The position numbers were made by a program, and so were the translations under genes. From NCBI GenBank assembly GCA_963827235.1, contig CAWHAE010000009.1, positions 128,001 to 192,000 on the forward strand: a stretch of 64,000 bases of DNA. The letters run 5' to 3'. The notes under the pieces are model-generated. The model did no database searches and was not told the DNA's origin. It saw nothing but the letters and a program-made list of their open reading frames with translations. Below, in pieces: positions 57,875 to 64,000 of this stretch (positions are counted from its first letter, which is position 1; each line of letters begins with the position of its first letter). The DNA is from an uncultured bacterium. Lineage in GTDB: Bacteria > Chloroflexota > UBA5177 > JANWHV01.

Positions 57875-58701
57875 GAAGCGCGCAACACGTCCCGCAGCAT
57901 CGCGGTCTGCCCCAGCACGTCCACCTCTTCTTTGCCGCCCCACTCCGTGAACGGCACGAATTCGATGCAGATGGCGCCCTGGTAGCCGTGCCGGTCGAGC
58001 CGCCTGCGAATGTCCGTGAAATCGATCTCGCTGAATCGCGCTGCCGTCTGCAGGTGGCCTGCCGCCGCATGGCGCGCGTGCACGTGACCGGCGAGCGGCA
58101 ACAGATCGTGTACCTCGTCCACCGTGTATCGCTGCACCAGGAAGTGCGAATAGTCCAGCGTGAGATGCAGTCCGGGCACCGCTTCCACCAGCGCGCGCGC
58201 CTTGACCGGCGTATCGGCCACCGAGTCGAGATGAGGCTCGACCTGCAGCGGCATGCCCCCCGCCTCGGCGGCGGCCACGAGGCCGCGCAGAGCATGCGCG
58301 GCAAGCTCGAGCGAGCGATCGGGACCCAGGTCGGGCCAGATCACCCCGGGGAGCGTGGTGAGACCGCGAGCGCCACAGGCACGGGCGCATGCCGCCATGG
58401 CGCGCACGACGCGCTCGTTCTCCGCGCGCACCGCTTCGGATGGCGAATTCGCCGCGCGATCGGCGAAGTCTTTGCCGAACGTGAAGAAGAGCTGGCACAC
58501 GCCGATCCCGGCGCGCTCGCTCGCCGCGCGTATCCGCGCGGCGGCAGCCTCTGGATCGGCAGTCACCTCTTCCGCCGGCACGTGTTCGCTGCCCGTATAG
58601 CAGTCGACGTCCACGAGGTCGAGACCGAGCAACCCAATGACTGTCACCGCGTTCTCAAACGAGAGCGCTGAAAACGAGGCCGACGTGCAACTCAGCCGCA
58701 T
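57871..58701 (-). CDS. Sugar phosphate isomerase/epimerase (xylose isomerase-like TIM barrel)
   Basis: VEPH, TLDYSH, HVHAR and YQGAICIE. Confidence 0.88.
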   Translation of the reverse strand: MRLSCTSASFSALSFENAVTVIGLLGLDLVDVDCYTGSEHVPAEEVTADPEAAAARIRAASERAGIGVCQLFFTFGKDFADRAANSPSEAVRAENERVVRAMAACARACGARGLTTLPGVIWPDLGPDRSLELAAHALRGLVAAAEAGGMPLQVEPHLDSVADTPVKARALVEAVPGLHLTLDYSHFLVQRYTVDEVHDLLPLAGHVHARHAAAGHLQTAARFSEIDFTDIRRRLDRHGYQGAICIEFVPFTEWGGKEEVDVLGQTAMLRDVLRAS

Positions 58702-58930
58702 GATCGTACTCCTCCGGCAGCAATCGCTGCCGGTATCGTATCGTGGGCGCTCGCTGCGGTCAACGGCGCGCGTAGCCTGTCGACGACCTTTCCGAGAGGA
58801 TCGGTTCTTCTGCGACCCCAGCGTCTGCATCCTCTCGCGCGCCGGCAGCGGACCGATCCGCCCTCTCGTGATAGCATGGTGCACGGCACCGGCATTGTCG
58901 GAGCCGCCCACGGGAAAGGAGTGAGACACG

Positions 58931-59245
58931 GTGCAACGAATCGCCTTCATACTTGGAGTGAAGCCCGGCCAGGAGAAGGAATACCGCGCGCGACACGACA
59001 ACATCTGGCCCGAGATGTCTGCATTGCTCACGGAAGCCGGCATGCGCAACTACTCTATCTTCCGCCAGGGCACCCAGCTGTTTGCTTACTGCGAGGTGGA
59101 CGACTGGAAGGAGACCGTCCGGCGGCTGAATGCCAGCGACGTCAATAGCCGGTGGCAGGAGTACATGTCGGATATCCTGGTTGCGGATATCGACCCAAGC
59201 ACGGGTTCCTATTACCTGCTGGAAGAGATGTTCCATCATCAGTAG
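58931..59245 (+). CDS. rhaM: L-rhamnose mutarotase
   Basis: EYRARHDNIWPEM, NYSIF, RWQEYM and EEMFH. Confidence 0.88.
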   Translation: MQRIAFILGVKPGQEKEYRARHDNIWPEMSALLTEAGMRNYSIFRQGTQLFAYCEVDDWKETVRRLNASDVNSRWQEYMSDILVADIDPSTGSYYLLEEMFHHQ

Positions 59246-59274
59246 CGGCGATGCCACGCCGTGAGGAGGCAGAG

Positions 59275-59598
59275 ATGATTCACGAGCTGCGCGTTTACGA
59301 TGCGGTGCCGGGCCGCCTACCCGACCTGCACGCGCGCTTCACCAACCTCACCCTGGGGCTGTTTCGCAAGCATGGCATCGAGGTCGTCGCCTTCTGGGAG
59401 GACATCATCGGCACGAACAATCGCCTGACCTACATCGTGGCCTACGAGGACATGGCCCACCGCGACCGCGCCTGGACTGCGTTCAGCAACGACCCCGATT
59501 GGATCGCGGGCCGGGCCAAGACGGAGGAAAACGGACCCCTGGTAGCGCGAGTGACCAACACGCTGATGCGTCCCACCGACTATTCGCCGCTGCGCTGA
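59275..59598 (+). CDS. NIPSNAP family protein
   Basis: HELRVY..VPG, AWTAFSNDPDW and PTDYSP. Confidence 0.9.
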   Translation: MIHELRVYDAVPGRLPDLHARFTNLTLGLFRKHGIEVVAFWEDIIGTNNRLTYIVAYEDMAHRDRAWTAFSNDPDWIAGRAKTEENGPLVARVTNTLMRPTDYSPLR

Positions 59599-60009
59599 CC
59601 GCTGCCCGATCGACGGGAGCGGAACCACGTGCCCGCTCCCGTGTCTCCCCCCGATCGTGCGTCTGCGACACGTGCCTGCCCGCGGCCGGTGAATTGCCGG
59701 AACTGACTCGCCTGCCCGGGACAGTCCGCGTCTCGGAATGGACTCTGCATGCCCGTTGCCTCCACGAGGCGGGCGAGACGCCGGCGCCCACCCGGGGGCA
59801 ATCGGCTCCTCCGCGACGTCAGCGTCAACATCCTTCTCCAGACTGTTGGTTCGACTACGGGCGCGCCGGTCCGGTTCCTGGACGTCTCTACCGCCGTCCC
59901 AAGTCGCTGCCGGCCTCCCTCGCCCAACCGCGGGCGCAGGCTGGCTTTGTATACTAGGAGTCGCGTTTGGCCTTGCAGCGGGCTGAGTGGAAGAAGCGCG
60001 ATCGCCCCT

Positions 60010-60822
60010 ATGATTTCCCTGTTCGTAATCGTCGCCACCCTGCTCAGCACGAATCTCTATGCCCTGTCGCGCTCCCGGCGCCTCAGCCGGATCCCGTTCG
60101 CAGTGGCCGTCGCCGCCCTGGTCGTCGCCGTCCTTGGTCCATTCGCCGGCGTCCTTCGCCTGCCGCTACCGAGCAGCTTCCTGCTGCTCTGGCTGCTGTT
60201 CATACCCATTGCCGCCATTTGCGCGGTCGCGGCCACGCTGCTGGGAGTGCTCGGCCTGGCCGCCGAGGCGTTCGCCGCCGTGTCGCCTGCCGGCCGGCAA
60301 CCGGCACCGCGGCACCGGTGCCGCCGTTGGATACTCACGGCCATTCCCGCCGCCCTGATACTGGCCGCGGCCGTTTCGAATCTCGTCACTCCCTTGCGCC
60401 TGCTGGACGCGTCGGTGCAGGGCGTAGAGACCAGCGCGGGAACCGTGGTCGGCGACACGCGCTACGGCGCAAGCTTCACGGCCGCCGTGAGCGGCCGGGT
60501 CGCGGGCAACCTTACTGCCAGCGTCAACTACCGCCCTGCCTATCCCCGGCCCGTGTTCACGCACTCGGTGACCGGCGGGAGCTGGTCGTTCGCCGCCTAC
60601 CAGCACGGCCAATACCGCGGCACACTCTATGGATCGGTCGGACCGGGCACCCTGCACTGGAACGTCGACGTGACCCAGGGCGACATCCAGGTCGACTTCG
60701 TCGTCGTCGGGGGCACCGGCGCCTACCTGGGAGCGCGCGGCCACCTGCGCTTTTCAGGCAGCCTGCTCCACACCACGTTTCCGCCGACCGTGGCCGGCAA
60801 TCTGCAAACCGACCTGAGCTGA
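60010..60822 (+). CDS. Hypothetical membrane protein with C-terminal beta-rich domain
   Basis: About four hydrophobic helices, then a beta domain with VVGGTGAYLGARG (dirigent/AOC-like motif). Confidence 0.6.
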   Translation: MISLFVIVATLLSTNLYALSRSRRLSRIPFAVAVAALVVAVLGPFAGVLRLPLPSSFLLLWLLFIPIAAICAVAATLLGVLGLAAEAFAAVSPAGRQPAPRHRCRRWILTAIPAALILAAAVSNLVTPLRLLDASVQGVETSAGTVVGDTRYGASFTAAVSGRVAGNLTASVNYRPAYPRPVFTHSVTGGSWSFAAYQHGQYRGTLYGSVGPGTLHWNVDVTQGDIQVDFVVVGGTGAYLGARGHLRFSGSLLHTTFPPTVAGNLQTDLS

Positions 60823-61140
60823 GTCCCATCATCTCCATCAGTACCACCCGCCCTTTTCCGCTGCCTCGGCCGGCCCATCCCTACCCTCCATACCCGGAGG
60901 CTACATTCCACCACCCATCCGGGACCGCGGTCCGCCCTCTGCTGTCTTGCGATCACAAGCGCAGGCTGCCGGTCCCCGTCCAGCCGCGACCTACTGCGGA
61001 TCGCAATCGCAGGCTACCATCCCGGCGCACCGCGCTCAGCAGTACAATGGCCAGCGGACGCCGCGCGGCGAGGCGACCTTTCGAGCAGTCGCCGCGGCGC
61101 CGGGCTCGTACCGAGTGTGCATCGTTGGTGGAGGGCGACT

Positions 61141-63270
61141 ATGGGCTTCACTGCGTCTGGCTTTCGAGTCTCTGCCCCCGTGGCCGTCCTGGCCGCCGTG
61201 GTCCTCATTAGCGGCGGCTTGCCGCCCTCCGGCCAGATAGCCGCGCCCGCGGCAGCGTCCACGCTCGTGACGGCAGGTAGCACGCGTGCTCTGGAGTCCG
61301 CGCCGCCCCACACCGTTCAAACAGCCTGTTTCGGCACGCCCTGCGGGCATCTCGTGCGCCCGGAGCCGCAGACTGCCGCCCATCGCCCGGCTTCGCTCTC
61401 CACGGCAGGCGACGACGCCGTGGATCGGGCGCTGATCGGCACCTGGATCTGGTCAAAGGACTCGAACGGCTCCCATCCCTCGACCGGCTCGCAGTGCACG
61501 CTCCTGTTCGTGGCGCGCGGATCGGCAACCCTGAGCTGCACGCGGCCGTCCGAGGTGTACAACGACCCGGGCACGTACCAGGTGTCCGGCGTCACCACCG
61601 CGGGCGGCAAGATCACCCTGCAGCTTTCGCAGACGGGGATCAGTCTCGCGGCTCAAGCCTACAGCTATGCCGGCGGCAAGCTCATTCTGCCCTTCAAGCT
61701 GATGAGCGACGGCACCGGTACCTCCACCTGGCGGCGGCCGGCGGCGCTGGCGCCCGGCTCACAGGACGTCGCGTCCGTGGCCTACGCCGCCTTCGACCAG
61801 GCCGTGGCCGGCGGCGACGACTACGATGCGGCTGCCCGCGCCGCCCTGGCCGCCTTGAAGGAGCACTCCTTCTCGTCCCAGGACGCGACGGGAAAAGTGG
61901 CGGGCGCCGCGGCGCTGGCGGCACAAAAGAGCGCCTTCGACTTCGCGCTCACCGACGACTACAGCGGCATCGTGGTGAAGACCGAGGGCGGGCGCACGTA
62001 CGGCGTCTGGCTCACCGTCGATCCACTGGCCATGGCCGCACCACAGTATTCGTCCCCTAAGCCCATGACGATGAGCATGTTTGCCACCGATCCACGCACG
62101 CACCTGCTCATGCAGGCGAGCAGCGGCAAGGACGACCCGGTCCATCACTCCGCGCAGCTGCTGTTCGGGTTCTACAACCAGCGAGAGTACTCGCGCCCCG
62201 GCGAAGTCACCTACGCGCTCAAGGACAACGGCGAAAGTCCCACCGTGCTCAAACAGGACCTGGTGCGCGCGGGCTATCCGGCCGGCGACGTGACAGTTCG
62301 CGTGGACACCGAGTTCACGCCTCGCACCCTGTACGATGCCCTGATCAGCGATCCCGGCGTGCTCTACATCTCCAGCCACAGCGGAATCGATAGCTTCAGC
62401 CACATCGGGGACATCTCGACCAGCTACGTGTTGGCGACCGGACAGCGCTTCATTCGCAGGGCCGGCGACGGCTGGAGCGCCGGCGCCGCACCGCCCGAGG
62501 GCCTGATCAGGCAGATGCTCCAGGAGGAAGGCCTGCCGCAGTACCTCTGGAAATATGTACGGCCCCTGGCACTGCGCGAGGGCCCCGCCTCGGTCGACTG
62601 GTTCCTTGCCGTGTACGAAGGGTTCTTCAAGGCCGTGCAGGCCCAGAATCAGGGCTGGAAAGCTAGCCGGTCGCTCGTGTACGTCGACGCGTGCTACAGC
62701 GCGAAGCTCACCCACTTCAGCGATCTGTTCAAGCCCGGCGTCTTCGTCGGCTGGAGCATCTCCGTCGAATCCTACGCCAGCGTGCACATCGCCCAGCACT
62801 TCTTCTCCAACCTCGTGCGGAAGACCCACTCGGCGAGAGAAGTCTGGTACGAGACGAAGCGGGTCCTGTCCACTTTCCAGGAGATCTACCCGGAGGATAA
62901 GCTCGTCGACACCACGGATGCCGGCAAGCAGGCCCTGCTCCAGGAGGCGATTCACTCGTGGGTGATGCGCGGCGCCGACGGCGCGGCGTACAAGCCGTAC
63001 AGCGACGTGGTCAACTGGCTCGCCTGGCTCGGGCGCTGGAATCAGATTCCGGAGTCAGCGTCCAAAAACCTGCAGAGTTGCTTCGACCAGTATTGGTCGC
63101 ACGGCACGGGCGGCGGCCTCGCCAGCGCCATGTGCAACGCCGGCGTGCTGGGATCGCACGTGCCCACGGCCGATGAGGTGAGAGAGGCGCGACAGCTCAT
63201 AGACGGCGAGCCGGCACCGGTGCCCGGCGGACGGTGGACACTCGCCGACGGCCTGCCGTACGGCAAGTGA
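61141..63270 (+). CDS. Large secreted hypothetical protein, possible clan CD cysteine peptidase-like domain
   Basis: Signal peptide; LIGTW lipocalin-like motif; LYISSHSG...LVYVDACYS putative His/Cys dyad. Confidence 0.65.
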   Translation: MGFTASGFRVSAPVAVLAAVVLISGGLPPSGQIAAPAAASTLVTAGSTRALESAPPHTVQTACFGTPCGHLVRPEPQTAAHRPASLSTAGDDAVDRALIGTWIWSKDSNGSHPSTGSQCTLLFVARGSATLSCTRPSEVYNDPGTYQVSGVTTAGGKITLQLSQTGISLAAQAYSYAGGKLILPFKLMSDGTGTSTWRRPAALAPGSQDVASVAYAAFDQAVAGGDDYDAAARAALAALKEHSFSSQDATGKVAGAAALAAQKSAFDFALTDDYSGIVVKTEGGRTYGVWLTVDPLAMAAPQYSSPKPMTMSMFATDPRTHLLMQASSGKDDPVHHSAQLLFGFYNQREYSRPGEVTYALKDNGESPTVLKQDLVRAGYPAGDVTVRVDTEFTPRTLYDALISDPGVLYISSHSGIDSFSHIGDISTSYVLATGQRFIRRAGDGWSAGAAPPEGLIRQMLQEEGLPQYLWKYVRPLALREGPASVDWFLAVYEGFFKAVQAQNQGWKASRSLVYVDACYSAKLTHFSDLFKPGVFVGWSISVESYASVHIAQHFFSNLVRKTHSAREVWYETKRVLSTFQEIYPEDKLVDTTDAGKQALLQEAIHSWVMRGADGAAYKPYSDVVNWLAWLGRWNQIPESASKNLQSCFDQYWSHGTGGGLASAMCNAGVLGSHVPTADEVREARQLIDGEPAPVPGGRWTLADGLPYGK

Positions 63271-63721
63271 CCGCTCCACCGGCCAACCGGTTGGCGTCAT
63301 AGGGGCGTGTACGCCAGGGTCTCGACACCCTGCATGCCGGCTGAGCGAGGCATGGCCACGCATGCTCGCCGGGTTCAGCCGGTTGAGCGCCCGTAGATCT
63401 CGGACGGACGGCACCGCTGTCAAGCACATACGGCGAACGTCTCCCGGCCCTTCGCCGGGCAGCAGCGCCATGTCACTGCCCGGGCGGCTGAAAGGCGCCG
63501 CTGGCGGTTTCGCCCCCTGAGTTGATGCTCGCTGCCCTGAGCCTGCAACAGGCACTCCCGGCACAGCCGCTCTGGCCTGTGCGAGAATGATCGTGGCCAG
63601 CTCACGGTGGGCTGCCACGCATGGAACGTGCGGTGAGCCCCACCCCGGAGCGTGTGGCGAGGCTGTCCCCATGTTGCGGATAGCCCCAAAACGAGCGTGA
63701 ACATCGTTACAGGAGGGCATC

Positions 63722-64000
63722 ATGCCGGACATCATGTCGCTGATCCGGGACAGGCATTCCGATCGCGGACCGTTTGACCCCGATCGCCCGATCGCCGCCG
63801 CCGACCTGAAGCAGATGCTCGAAGCCGCGCGCTGGGCGCCTACCGCGCACAACATGCAGAACTTCGAGATCGTGGTCGTCGACGATAAGAACCTGCTGGC
63901 GAGCGTCGGCGAGATCCCGTCGCCGCCGTCGGAGGTGTTCATCCGGGAGAACCTCGCCCAGCTCGCCTTCTCGGAAGAGGAGCTGCGCCGGAAGAAGGTC
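63722..64000 (+). CDS. Nitroreductase family protein (partial, runs off the window edge)
   Basis: MPDIMSLIRDRHSDRGPFD...LEAARWAPTAHNMQNFEIVVV; GGAGGG RBS. Confidence 0.88.
   Translation, partial: MPDIMSLIRDRHSDRGPFDPDRPIAAADLKQMLEAARWAPTAHNMQNFEIVVVDDKNLLASVGEIPSPPSEVFIRENLAQLAFSEEELRRKKV

Overview
GC-rich bacterial window. Its gene content (F420-dependent enzymes, HEPN and Uma2 genes, LuxR-STAND regulator) suggests a soil Chloroflexota- or Actinomycetota-like organism, but this is inference only. It holds about 55 mostly accessory metabolic and regulatory genes, with no rRNA, tRNA, intact IS element or CRISPR array. The most striking element is a five-gene minus-strand operon (10251-14813) with its own sigma70-like promoter. 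It encodes a secreted NHL-repeat protein, a single Hcp/tail-tube-like protein, a twin-arginine protein ending in a lectin/fibre-tip-like domain, a SAM methyltransferase and a tandem double-Hcp protein. No T6SS, eCIS or phage structural gene is present in the window. Other notable loci: an ECF sigma factor coupled to a Rieske-domain putative anti-sigma, a cupredoxin and a Tat phosphoesterase; an M50 peptidase-ClpN fusion; a LacI-controlled glycyl radical enzyme with unusual ACWE/RVWGWS motifs; a divergent SHMT/transaldolase-like enzyme; an acid-sugar cluster with TPP E1 alpha/beta but no E2/E3; a probable 6S RNA; a response regulator-histidine kinase deletion fusion; and many short gene remnants. 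All calls come from motif recognition by eye; no database searches were run.
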